Both the position numbers and the translations under genes were made by a program. Below the pieces are notes generated by a model, which searched no databases, was not told the DNA's origin, and worked only from the letters and a program-made list of their open reading frames with translations. This document shows positions 26,280-35,768 of a DNA stretch of 64,000 bases, in pieces (the first letter of the stretch is position 1; every line of letters begins with the position of its first letter). This stretch comes from an uncultured Candidatus Binatia bacterium (GTDB taxonomy: Bacteria > Desulfobacterota > Binatia > UBA9968 > JAJDTQ01), in assembly GCA_965219905.1 (NCBI GenBank), contig CBDCOS010000002.1, positions 2,287,318-2,351,317 of the forward strand, given 5' to 3'.

Positions 26280-27725
26280 CTACGAGCCGGAAGATTCCGT
26301 GTCCGCCTTGTCCGGTTCGTTCCGGTCCTGCTTCTTCCCGCCGCGCCGGAACAGCGACGCCGCCGCGGCCAGGGCGCACAGCGCCGCGGCGGTCACGAAC
26401 ACGAGCTGGAAGGAGGCCACGAAGGCGCCCACCTCTCCCAGGTCCGCGTGGGAGAGGCGCCAGCGCTCGAACATCAGGCTGGCGCCGGTGACGCCGAAGA
26501 CGATGCCGGCGGTGCGCATCATCTGGTTGACGCTGCCGGCGACGCCCTGGTGCTCGCGGGGGATGGCGCCCATGACGAAGCTCATGTTGGGCACCTGGAA
26601 GGTGCCCAGGCCGAGTCCCACCAAGGCCAGGGACAGGGCCGCGGTGGGGTAGTCGGAGCCTGCGTCGAGGCCGCTGGCCAGCCACAGGCCCACGGCCTGG
26701 ACGGCCAGCCCGGCGGAGCTCAGCCCGGCGGTGCCGATGCGGTCGGACAGGCGGCCGGCAAAGGCGGCGGCAACGATGGTCATCACCGCGGGCGCAAAGA
26801 GGAGCAGGCCGACCACGACCCCCCGGAAACCCAGGATGTTCGCGGCATAGTAGGGGACCAGCAGGCCGATGGGGAACCGGGTGGCGTTGGCCGCCAGGGT
26901 GAGCAGGTTGGCGAGGGTGAAGGCCGGCCGGCGGAACAGGTCGAGATTGATGACGGGCGCGGCCACCCGCTTCTCGGTGACGAGGAAGACGACCAGGCTG
27001 GCCGCTCCGGCCACCGCGAGCACGACCACTTCCGGCGCCGTCCAGCCGAGGTCGCGGCTCCGGGTCATGGCCAGGAGCAGCGCGCCGGCCGCCACGGTCA
27101 GGGTCACGGCGCCCAGAAGATCGAACCGCTCGCCGGAGACCGCTCGTTGCCCGGAGCGGGCGCGGCCGGAGGTGAACCAGGCGATGAGCAGGGCGGGGAG
27201 GGCCCGGTACAGGTAGACGCCGCGCCAGCCGAAGGCGTCCACCAGCACGCCCCCCAGGAGCGGACCCATGGCGTAACCGGTGGCCATGTTCATCTGGTAG
27301 AACCCCAGCGCCCGCCCGCGCTCCGCGCCGCCGACGGTCAGGGTCACCAGCGCCGGGGCCGAGCCGAACACCAGTGCAACACCCACCCCCTGGAGCATCC
27401 GCCCCATGAGCAGCCAGGCAAAGGTCTGGGCGGAGCCGCACACGACGAACGCAACGGCGCTGATCAACAGGCCGATGGTGAGCGTGCGCCAGTGGCCGAA
27501 CATGTCCGCCAGCCGGCCGCAGCCCAGCAGCAGGCTGGCGTGGGTCAGCACGTAGCTCACCACCACCCACTGGATGGACATGAGGTTGATGCCGAACGCC
27601 TGGGTGATGGCCGGGAACGCGATGTTGACCGATGTGTCGAGGGACCCCAGCAGCCCGCAGAACCCCGCGATGAGCAGCGTCGGGTGCGACCAGATCCGGG
27701 TCGTGGATGATGTCGTGTCGGGCAA
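26280..27725 (-). CDS. MFS transporter (DHA2/EmrB-QacA-like)
   Basis: LDTSVNIAFPAI, GRLADMFG, GRMLQGVG, GPLLGG, FDLLGA. Confidence 0.92.
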   Translation of the reverse strand: MPDTTSSTTRIWSHPTLLIAGFCGLLGSLDTSVNIAFPAITQAFGINLMSIQWVVVSYVLTHASLLLGCGRLADMFGHWRTLTIGLLISAVAFVVCGSAQTFAWLLMGRMLQGVGVALVFGSAPALVTLTVGGAERGRALGFYQMNMATGYAMGPLLGGVLVDAFGWRGVYLYRALPALLIAWFTSGRARSGQRAVSGERFDLLGAVTLTVAAGALLLAMTRSRDLGWTAPEVVVLAVAGAASLVVFLVTEKRVAAPVINLDLFRRPAFTLANLLTLAANATRFPIGLLVPYYAANILGFRGVVVGLLLFAPAVMTIVAAAFAGRLSDRIGTAGLSSAGLAVQAVGLWLASGLDAGSDYPTAALSLALVGLGLGTFQVPNMSFVMGAIPREHQGVAGSVNQMMRTAGIVFGVTGASLMFERWRLSHADLGEVGAFVASFQLVFVTAAALCALAAAASLFRRGGKKQDRNEPDKADTESSGS

Positions 27726-27780
27726 GGAACCCCGCCAATCACGCGGTGTCGAGACTGGTGAGGCAACGAAGTTCCGGATA

Positions 27781-27808
27781 CGTCATTCCCGCTTCCGCGG
27801 GAATGGCG
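27781..27808. repeat. dRS3-like palindrome (fused arms)
   Basis: cgtcattcccgc-ttcc-gcgggaatggcg. Confidence 0.7.
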
Positions 27809-27826
27809 ATGCGGGTGTCGTCGCCG

Positions 27827-28639
27827 TCAGCTTCCCGCCATCCACTGGTCCAGCCGCTCGTTGTAGGCCTCGGGCCGGGTGCCGCGCATCATGTGGCCCA
27901 CGCCCTCCCAGAACTCGAACACCACCTGCGGCGAGGCGATGCTCCGGAGATGGCCCAGCTCCTGGGCGAGGATGGCCCCGGGCTGCGGCGCGACCGTGGC
28001 GTCTCCCACCAGGATCAGCGTGGGCACCTGGATGCGCCGCAGGCGCTCCTCGGACGCCAGCGCCCAGTCGCGGTTGTCGGTCAGGAGCCGAGTGAGCGCG
28101 TGGGGCGAGAAGTGGCGGTTGCGGTAGACCTCCCAGTCCTCCTGCTCGGGCGTCAGGCCGCGCTCTTTGGCCTCGGCGCGGATCTCCTCCTCGGGGCGCG
28201 CAAGCCGTGCCAGCGCGCCGGGCAGGGCGGTCACGAAGGCGTGCTGCATGCGCCAGTAGACCGGGTCTTCCAGGAACGCGCGGGAGATGTCCTCGGGGTG
28301 GTCCGCGGCCAGCATGGTGCCGATGTTGCCGCCCCAGGAATGGCCGGCATAGGCCGGGCGCTCGAGCTTCAGGTTGGCGATGAGCTGGTGCACGTCCTCG
28401 GCGAAGTCGCGCAGGCGGTAGCCGCTCACGGGCTTGTCCGACTCGCCGTGGCCCCGGAGGTCCGGCGCCACCACGTGGTAGCGGCCGGCGAAGTGCTCGG
28501 CGACGCCCGCCCAGCCGAGGCTGTAGTTGGTCCAGCCGTGGACCAGCAACAGGTCCGGGGCCGCGGGGTCGCCCCATTCCCGGTAGTGCATCCGGATGCC
28601 CTGCACTTCGGTGAAGCCGCTTCGGGGGTCGTCAGCCAT
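27827..28639 (-). CDS. Alpha/beta hydrolase
   Basis: VHGW, PDLRGHGES, GHSWGG, GVGH. Confidence 0.9.
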   Translation of the reverse strand: MADDPRSGFTEVQGIRMHYREWGDPAAPDLLLVHGWTNYSLGWAGVAEHFAGRYHVVAPDLRGHGESDKPVSGYRLRDFAEDVHQLIANLKLERPAYAGHSWGGNIGTMLAADHPEDISRAFLEDPVYWRMQHAFVTALPGALARLARPEEEIRAEAKERGLTPEQEDWEVYRNRHFSPHALTRLLTDNRDWALASEERLRRIQVPTLILVGDATVAPQPGAILAQELGHLRSIASPQVVFEFWEGVGHMMRGTRPEAYNERLDQWMAGS

Positions 28640-28714
28640 GATCGTCGTCCTCCCTGTGCAACGAACGTGGAATACGTGATACACGTTTAGGAAAGTTCTG
28701 ACCAACCAACCCCT

Positions 28715-28767
28715 CCGTCATTCCCGCGAGAGCTTGCCCTCGACCCCGTTCGGGGGCGGAGTCCAGG
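28715..28767. repeat. dRS3-like REP with a 24-bp insert in its loop
   Basis: Insert 28731-28754 is the reverse complement (22/24) of 35592-35615. Confidence 0.75.
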
Positions 28768-28793
28768 AAGGACGGTCCCAGGAGCCAGCCCCG

Positions 28794-29261
28794 GTGCCGG
28801 AGTTCATCACCGCCGCCACGGAAGAAGACTACCGCGAAGCGAGGGCCTTGCTCCGCGAGTACGAGGTGGAGATCGAGGTGGACCTGTGCTTTCAGGGGTT
28901 CGAGGAAGAGCTCGAGACCCTGGACCGCGTCTACGGCTCGCCCGGAGGAAGGTTTTTCCTCGTACGCCAGGGAGAGCGGACCGCGGGTTGCGTCGCCGTG
29001 AAGGACCTGGGCGGCGGAATCTGCGAGATGAAGCGCCTCTTTCTGCGCCCCGGGTTTCGCGGCAACGGTCTGGGGAGAAGGTGCGCGGAGCAGATCGTCC
29101 GGACGGCGCGAGAGATGGGCTACCGCGCCATGCGGCTCGACACGCTTCCCGCCATGCACCCGGCCATCGCCCTGTATCGCTCCATGGGTTTCGCCGAGAT
29201 CGCCCCTTACACGGAAAATCCCTGCGAGGGCGCGCTGTTCATGGAATTGAGGTTGGGGTAG
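28794..29261 (+). CDS. GNAT family N-acetyltransferase
   Basis: DLCFQGFEEEL, CEMKRLFL, FRGNGLG, RLDTLPAM..AIALY. Confidence 0.9.
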   Translation: MPEFITAATEEDYREARALLREYEVEIEVDLCFQGFEEELETLDRVYGSPGGRFFLVRQGERTAGCVAVKDLGGGICEMKRLFLRPGFRGNGLGRRCAEQIVRTAREMGYRAMRLDTLPAMHPAIALYRSMGFAEIAPYTENPCEGALFMELRLG

Positions 29262-29295
29262 GTTTCAAACGGAGACACTGCCGAGGGAGGATCGC

Positions 29296-30789
29296 ATGAG
29301 CCCGACCGAAGACTCGTTCACGTTGACCGAAGCCACCATTGCCGACATCCACGCCGCCTACGCCGCCGGGAGCCTCACCGCGCGGCAACTGGTGCAGATG
29401 TACATCGACCGCATCGAGGCCTACGACCGGGGCGGTCCCCGGATCAACTCCATCATCACGGTGAACCCGGCGGCGCTGGAGGAGGCGGACCGCCTGGACG
29501 CGGCGTTCAAGAGCTCGGGGAAGACGGGGCCGCTCCACGGCATCCCGGTGGTCATCAAGGACCAGGCGGACGTCAAGGGGACCCCCACCACCCTGGGCTC
29601 GCTGCTGTTCAAGGACTACTACCCGGACCGGGACTGCCGGGTGGTGGAGAAGCTCAAGGAGGCCGGTGCCATCGTGCTGGCCAAGACCACGCTGGGTGAG
29701 CTGGGGGCGGGCGACACGCACGGCTCGCTGTTCGGCTCCACCCGGAACCCGTACGACGTGGAGAGGACGGTGGGCGGCTCGTCGGGCGGGTCCGGGGCGG
29801 CGGTCTCCGCCAACTTCGGCACCGTCGGGATCGGGCAGGAGGGGCTGGCCTCCATCCGCCGGCCTTCCACCTGGAACTGCATCGCCGGCATGCGCCCCAC
29901 CGCCGGACTGGTGAGCCGCGCCGGCGTCTACTCCGGCTGGCCCCAGGAGGCGGGGTCCCTGGGGCCCATGGCGCGCACAGTGAGGGATATGGCGACGCTG
30001 CTGGACGTCATGGCGGGCTACGACGGCGAGGATCCGCTGACCTCCAGGGGGGTGGGGCACGTGCCGCCGAGCTACACGGACTTCCTCGATGCGGATGGCC
30101 TGCGGGGCGCGCGGATCGGCATCCTGCGGGAGCCCATGGGCTTCAACAACGATCCCGAGGCAGCCGATTTCAAGAGCATCACGGGTATCCTGGACAGCGC
30201 GGTCGAGGAGCTCCGGGCCGCCGGCGCCGAGGTGGTGGACCCGGTGGAGCTGGCGCGGCTGAACGAGCTGCTGGCCAAGCGCCGCGTCCACCCCACCACC
30301 GCGGAGACGGCTTTCGGGTTCTACATGGCGCGCAGCGCCGACCCGCCGTACCGGACGCGCGCGGACGCCATGAACTCGCCGGAGTTCGCCAAGCTGTCGG
30401 AACAGGCCAAGGTGCGGCTCAAGGCCACCTCCGATCCCGCGGAACACTACGAGTACCTGCTGGCCCGGGACCATCTCATGATCCATCTGCTCAAGACCAT
30501 GGCCGAGCACCGGCTCGACGCCATCGTCCACAAGTCCGTGGAGCACCAGCCCACCCTGATCGTCGACGGCGTCAACCCGCCCTACGTGAACCACACGGGA
30601 GCGCCCCACCTGAACACGTTCCTCGTCTACGTGCCCACGGTAGTGGTGCCCGCGGGATTCACGACGGACGGCCTGCCGGCAGGCATCAGCTTCCTCGGAC
30701 GGCCCTACGACGACGGCCGCATGATCCGGCTCGCCTACGCCTACGAGCAGGCCACGCACCACCGCAGGCCCCCGGAGACCACGCCGTAG
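29296..30789 (+). CDS. Amidase signature family protein
   Basis: GPLHGIPVVIKD, GGSSGGSG, ASIRRP. Confidence 0.93.
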   Translation: MSPTEDSFTLTEATIADIHAAYAAGSLTARQLVQMYIDRIEAYDRGGPRINSIITVNPAALEEADRLDAAFKSSGKTGPLHGIPVVIKDQADVKGTPTTLGSLLFKDYYPDRDCRVVEKLKEAGAIVLAKTTLGELGAGDTHGSLFGSTRNPYDVERTVGGSSGGSGAAVSANFGTVGIGQEGLASIRRPSTWNCIAGMRPTAGLVSRAGVYSGWPQEAGSLGPMARTVRDMATLLDVMAGYDGEDPLTSRGVGHVPPSYTDFLDADGLRGARIGILREPMGFNNDPEAADFKSITGILDSAVEELRAAGAEVVDPVELARLNELLAKRRVHPTTAETAFGFYMARSADPPYRTRADAMNSPEFAKLSEQAKVRLKATSDPAEHYEYLLARDHLMIHLLKTMAEHRLDAIVHKSVEHQPTLIVDGVNPPYVNHTGAPHLNTFLVYVPTVVVPAGFTTDGLPAGISFLGRPYDDGRMIRLAYAYEQATHHRRPPETTP

Positions 30790-30804
30790 GAGATGTCCGG
30801 CCCC

Positions 30805-31065
30805 TCGCCATACCTGTCCCGACCGCCATGCCTGTCCGACCGTCATACGTGCCTCTCCATCATACGTGCCTCTCCATCATACGTGCCTCTCCATCATACA
30901 TGCCTCTCCGTCATTCCCGCCCCCCTTCCGTCATTCCCGCGAAAGCGGGAATCCAGGGGTGGGGGGTATACGGCAGCGCGTCTCCCCGCTCCACCCACCT
31001 GGGTTCCCGCTTTCGCGGGAATGACGGAAGGGGTCCGGAATCACGGAAGGGGGGCGGGAATGACG
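30805..31065. repeat. 17-bp tandem array grading into an inverted dRS3-like REP pair
   Basis: cc(a/g)tcatac(g/a)tgcctct x4 at 30840-30907, then ccgtcattcccgc units and the REP pair. Confidence 0.85.
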
Positions 31066-31109
31066 ACCAGGAGTGAAGGGTAGACTAATCGTCGACGAAC
31101 GGAGGTTGC

Positions 31110-31745
31110 ATGAGCAAGATATCCTCGCAAGACCGGATCCAGTGGATCTATTCCTCGAAGGGCAACGCTGAACTGGAGGAGCGGTACGACGAGTGGGCCG
31201 GCTCCTATGACCGGGACCTGAATACCGATTTCGGTTGGTTGAGCCCGCGCAAGGCTGTGGATGCCTTCGCCAGGCGGGTGCCCCGGCACGGCCGCGTCCT
31301 GGACGCGGGCGCCGGCACGGGCATCGTGGGGGAGTTGCTGCACGATGCGGGCTACGAGTTCCTGGTGGCCATGGACCTGTCCCAGGGGATGCTGGACGAG
31401 GCCGCCCGCAAGGGCGTCTACAAGGAGTTCCACCGGATGGCGATGGGGTCGCCTCTCGACTTCCCGCCCAGGTACTTCGACGGCGTTATCAGCGTGGGCG
31501 TCTTCACGGTGGGGCACGCGCCGGCCAACTCGTTCGACGAGCTTGTGCGCGTGACCCGTCCCGGCGGCCACATCGTGTATTCGCTCCGCCCGGACACCTA
31601 CGAGCAGGACGGCTTCGGGGAGAAGCAGTCCTCGCTGGAAACCGAGGGCAAATGGCGGCTGGTGGAGGAGGGGGAGCGGTACCAGCCCATGCCCAAGGGG
31701 GAGCCCGAAGTCTACCACCAGGTGTGGGTCTACCAGGTCCTGTAG
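31110..31745 (+). CDS. Class I SAM-dependent methyltransferase
   Basis: YDEWAGSYD, VLDAGAGTG, DLSQGML, GVFTVGHAP. Confidence 0.9.
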   Translation: MSKISSQDRIQWIYSSKGNAELEERYDEWAGSYDRDLNTDFGWLSPRKAVDAFARRVPRHGRVLDAGAGTGIVGELLHDAGYEFLVAMDLSQGMLDEAARKGVYKEFHRMAMGSPLDFPPRYFDGVISVGVFTVGHAPANSFDELVRVTRPGGHIVYSLRPDTYEQDGFGEKQSSLETEGKWRLVEEGERYQPMPKGEPEVYHQVWVYQVL

Positions 31746-31910
31746 GGGCGGCTTTCAAACCTGCCCGCGCCCGCATCCCGCCGCCGGCTGATGCTCCGGT
31801 TCCGGACTCTTCGCCGTCCGGAGAAATGTGTGAGAATCTCTTGATGTACGAAGGCCCGGAACGGTATAAGAGACGAAAAACAGGGTTCATTCGAAGGAGG
31901 TAGAACGATC

Positions 31911-33029
31911 ATGTCCGGTCAACTCAATACACGCATAATCGATGGCGACGGCCACATCCTGGAGGACAACCCGGGGATCCTGGAGCACATGGAACAGCCC
32001 TACCGGGACATCGCCGCCAAGAAGGGCATCATCTTCCCGCCCATCGACCATCTTCACGACGGCCGAGCGGTGGAGACGCCGCCGCTACGGGACGGACGCG
32101 AGAAGGTGGGGCCGGACGGCTGGCTGCAGTTCCTGGAGGACGTGGGCATCGACTGGACGGTGATGTATCCGACCCAGGGACTGGGCTACGGCAAGATCGT
32201 CAGCCTCGACTACGCCGTGGCCGCCTGCAAGGCGTACAACGACTGGACGTATCACACCTACCTGCAGCGCGACCCGCGCTTCAACGCCATGGGCCTGATC
32301 CCCATGCAGGACACGGAGGAGGCAGTCAAGGAGCTGCGCCGCATCGTCACCGAGCAGGGCATGATGGGCGCCATGATGCCTTCCAACGGCCTGCCGCTGC
32401 CGCTGGGCGCCAAGGTCTACTGGCCCATCTATGAAGAGGCCGACCGGCTGGGCTGCTGCCTCGCGGTGCACGGCGGCTGCCACGACCGCTTCGGGCTCGA
32501 CCACATGAACATGTACACCCCGGTGCATGCCCTGGGGCACCCCTGGGGTATCACCCTCAACTGCGCCAACATCCTGTACAACGGCATCTTCGACCGCTTC
32601 CCCAACGTGCGCATCGCCTTCCTCGAAGGCGGCGTGGCCTGGCTGCTGCTATTGCTGGAGCGCCTGCACGCGTCCCACGAGACGCACTTCCAGTACGTTC
32701 CCGACGGCGAGTTCAGCATCGGCGAGGAAGACGATCCCGCCGGGATCATCAAGCAGCTCATCGAGGAAGACCGCTTCTACCTGGGCATCGAGACCGAGGA
32801 GCTGACCCTGCCCTTCGCCATCAAGACCGTCGGGCACCGGCCGTTCCTGTACTCCTCGGACTTCCCCCACGAGGTCACCACCAAGAGCTGCATCCACGAC
32901 ATCGGCGAGCTGATGGAGAGCGACGAGATTACCGCCGACGACAAGGCGGCCATGCTCTATCGCAACGCGGAGCGGTTCTACAAGCCGGAGCCCGAGCCCG
33001 CGGAGGCCGCGGTCGCCGCCAAGGCATAG
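31911..33029 (+). CDS. Amidohydrolase family 2 protein
   Basis: IDGDGH, AVHGG, FLEGG, YSSDFPH, NAERFY. Confidence 0.9.
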   Translation: MSGQLNTRIIDGDGHILEDNPGILEHMEQPYRDIAAKKGIIFPPIDHLHDGRAVETPPLRDGREKVGPDGWLQFLEDVGIDWTVMYPTQGLGYGKIVSLDYAVAACKAYNDWTYHTYLQRDPRFNAMGLIPMQDTEEAVKELRRIVTEQGMMGAMMPSNGLPLPLGAKVYWPIYEEADRLGCCLAVHGGCHDRFGLDHMNMYTPVHALGHPWGITLNCANILYNGIFDRFPNVRIAFLEGGVAWLLLLLERLHASHETHFQYVPDGEFSIGEEDDPAGIIKQLIEEDRFYLGIETEELTLPFAIKTVGHRPFLYSSDFPHEVTTKSCIHDIGELMESDEITADDKAAMLYRNAERFYKPEPEPAEAAVAAKA

Positions 33030-33146
33030 CCGGTTCCATACGGCTTAACTGTAATCGACGGGGGTAGGGCGTGATTCACGTCCTACCCCTTTCACCATGA
33101 ACCCGCCGGCGGGACCGCACGCCGGCAGCCCGAGAAGGAGAAGGTC

Positions 33147-34232
33147 ATGGAAGAATGCCGCGCCGCCGTGGTGGTATCCCACAACGAACCGCTGGAAATA
33201 CAGAAGGTGCCGATCCCGGAGCTGGAGCCGGGCGCGCTGCTGGTGCGCATCGAGGCGTCCACCATCTGCGGCACCGACGTGCACCGCTGGCACGGCCCCC
33301 TGGGCGGCGGCGACTCGCTGCCCATCATCACCGGGCATGAGCCCTGCGGCTACATCGAGGAGATCAACGGCGAGCGCACCGACATCCTGGGCAAGCCGGT
33401 GAAGCCCGGCGACCGCATCGTGTGGAGCTACGTCGCCTGCGGGCACTGCTACTACTGCAGCGTGGCGCTGCAACCCTGCATCTGCCCGGGGCGCGCCTCC
33501 TGGGGGCACAACCGCAGCGACGAGTACCCGTATCTCTTGGGCAGCGTGTCCGAGTACATGTACGTTCCCCCGCCCTGCGAGATCATCAAGGTGCCCGAGG
33601 ACGTGACCTCGGCGTCGGCGGCCGCTTCCGCCTGCGCCTACCGCACGGTGATGCACGGCTACGACCGGCTCGGGGCCATCAAGAGCCACGAGACCGTGGT
33701 GATCCAGGGCAGCGGGCCGCTGGGCAACTTCGCCACCGCGGTGGCCAAGGACCACGGCGCCAAGCAGGTGCTCGTCATCGGCGCGCCGGCCGCGCGCCTG
33801 GAGGTGAGCAAGCGCATGGGCGCCGACGAGGTGCTGAACCTGGAGGAGGTCACCGATCCCAAGGACCGCCGCCAGTGGGTGAAGGACCACACCGACGGCC
33901 GCGGCGGCGACGTGGTGATCCAGGTGGCCAACAACATGGCCGTGCCCGAGGGCCTCACCCTGCTGCGGGGCGGCGGCCGCTACGTCTGGATCGGCGCCGG
34001 CGGCAAGGCCAACATCGGCCTCAATGACTTCCCCCAGGAGATGATCCTGCACACCATCCGCTCCGGCGAGCCCCGCCACTGGCTCCAGGCCATCGACTTC
34101 CTCTCCTCGCGCAAGGACACCTTCCCGTTCGAGGAGATGATCTCGGCCGAGTACACCCTGGAGCAGGTCAACGAGGCGTTGCAGGCCATGGCCAGGTTCG
34201 AGATCGTCAAGGGGGTCATCCACTTCAACTAG
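33147..34232 (+). CDS. Zinc-binding alcohol dehydrogenase (MDR)
   Basis: ICGTD, GHE, CGHCYYC..C structural Zn motif, GSGPLG. Confidence 0.92.
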   Translation: MEECRAAVVVSHNEPLEIQKVPIPELEPGALLVRIEASTICGTDVHRWHGPLGGGDSLPIITGHEPCGYIEEINGERTDILGKPVKPGDRIVWSYVACGHCYYCSVALQPCICPGRASWGHNRSDEYPYLLGSVSEYMYVPPPCEIIKVPEDVTSASAAASACAYRTVMHGYDRLGAIKSHETVVIQGSGPLGNFATAVAKDHGAKQVLVIGAPAARLEVSKRMGADEVLNLEEVTDPKDRRQWVKDHTDGRGGDVVIQVANNMAVPEGLTLLRGGGRYVWIGAGGKANIGLNDFPQEMILHTIRSGEPRHWLQAIDFLSSRKDTFPFEEMISAEYTLEQVNEALQAMARFEIVKGVIHFN

Positions 34233-34381
34233 GATGGCTGGCAGGGTCGGATCTTGGACTTCGAGACCGGGCCCGCCAACTGGTTGATCTTACAAGGATG
34301 CCGGACTGGCGGCCGTCCAGTCCGGCATCTTTGGGGACGCCTCCCGGTCGTCCCCAACTTCAGAGCTGACGGAGAGATTCC

Positions 34382-35383
34382 ATGCGCGCAATCGTTATGG
34401 GTGTTGGACCGATCGGCGGCATCATCGGGGGGCGTCTAGCCCGGGCCGGCCATGACGCGACCTTCGTGGACGTCGACCCCGAGCACGTCGCCGCCATCCG
34501 CGAAAACGGGCTCCAGGTGGACGTGCCCGACGGGCCGTTCAACGTGAAGGCGAAAGTCGTCTTTCCGGACGAGATCGAAGGAACCTTCGACACGGCCTTC
34601 ATCGCCGTCCGCTGCAACTATACCCGCGACACGCTGGCGGCGGCGTTGCCGCACCTGAGCGAGGACGGTCTGGTGGTGTCGATGCAGAACGGCATCAACG
34701 TCCCGGTGCTGGAGGAGGCGGTAGGCGCGGACCGGACCGTGGGCATGGGCATCCGCATGGGCAGCCGGCGCACCGCTCCGGGGTGTGTGCACACCTCCAC
34801 CCGGGGCCACCTCTACGTCGGCCACTCGCACGGCCGCACGACGCCTCGGCTCGAAGAGCTCCACGCCGGGCTCGATGCCGTGATCCCCAGCGAGATTACG
34901 GACAACATCCTCGGGGTCCTCTGGAGCAAGCTCACCTACACGTGCTTCGGCTACTATGGCTCGCTGGCGAACACGTCGATGGTGGAGAGCTGCGCCACTT
35001 CTGACGACCGGCGGCTGTTGGTGGATTTCTTCGGCGAGGTGGTGGCCGTGGGCGCGGCCGCCGGCGCCCGGTTCATTCCGTTGAATGAGTACAATCCGCC
35101 CGACCTGCATCCCGACCAGCCCGTGGAAGGCCGCCTGGCGATAGTGAACGGCTATGCCGAGTCATGGAGGTCCGACGACCTCAAGGGTCCGCTGCGGCAA
35201 CTGCTGGCGGGAAGCAAGCTGGAGGTGGCGTTCACCCTTGGCCACGTGGTGCGGGAAAGCGCCCGGCTCGGCCTGTCCACCCCCTTGTGCGACAATCTGC
35301 TGGCCATGATGCTCGACCTGGAATCCGGCAAACGCCAACTCGGCCTCCACAACTACGCAGAGCTGGCAGCCTGCCGCGCCTGA
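34382..35383 (+). CDS. Ketopantoate reductase (PanE/ApbA) family protein
   Basis: GVGPIGG, SMQNG, LWSKL. Confidence 0.8.
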   Translation: MRAIVMGVGPIGGIIGGRLARAGHDATFVDVDPEHVAAIRENGLQVDVPDGPFNVKAKVVFPDEIEGTFDTAFIAVRCNYTRDTLAAALPHLSEDGLVVSMQNGINVPVLEEAVGADRTVGMGIRMGSRRTAPGCVHTSTRGHLYVGHSHGRTTPRLEELHAGLDAVIPSEITDNILGVLWSKLTYTCFGYYGSLANTSMVESCATSDDRRLLVDFFGEVVAVGAAAGARFIPLNEYNPPDLHPDQPVEGRLAIVNGYAESWRSDDLKGPLRQLLAGSKLEVAFTLGHVVRESARLGLSTPLCDNLLAMMLDLESGKRQLGLHNYAELAACRA

Positions 35384-35395
35384 CCGACGCCCGCA

Positions 35396-35699
35396 TCCGT
35401 CATTTCCGCGACCCAGGCTGCGTCAACAATCCGCTCGGCCACGACATGGCGCGGATGCCATGCCCGTCATGGATGCCCACACCGTCATTCCCGCCCTTCT
35501 CCGTCATTCCCGCGGAAGCGGGAATCCAGGCGGGGCGGGGCCGGGGCGATGGAGCCGCCACGGTACATACCACCACCCCTGGATTCCCGCTCCCGATCGG
35601 GGTCGAGGGCATGCTTACGCGGGAATGACGATTCGGGCGGTGGTGCCGGTTCTTGTCCGGGCGACATTTTGACACAGCCTGTTCCGCGGGAATGACGGA
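35396..35699. mobile_element. MITE-like 268-bp unit (35414-35681) inserted between the arms of a REP and containing further REPs
   Basis: Terminal inverted repeats caggctgcgtcaacaat / attttgacacagcctg; outer arms tccgtcatttccgcg / cgcgggaatgacgga. Confidence 0.6.
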
Positions 35700-35768
35700 G
35701 GGGGCGGAACACCCCAGCAGTCGAATGAGAATACGCAGCAAACATCCGGTCGGTGGAGGATCTCCTAC

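Noticed and set aside
30840-30907. Possible CRISPR array
   Set aside because: Contiguous 17-bp units with no spacers, and no cas genes in the window.
31828-31837. gtgtgagaat resembling part of the att repeat
   Set aside because: A 9-bp match is expected by chance, and there is no associated element.
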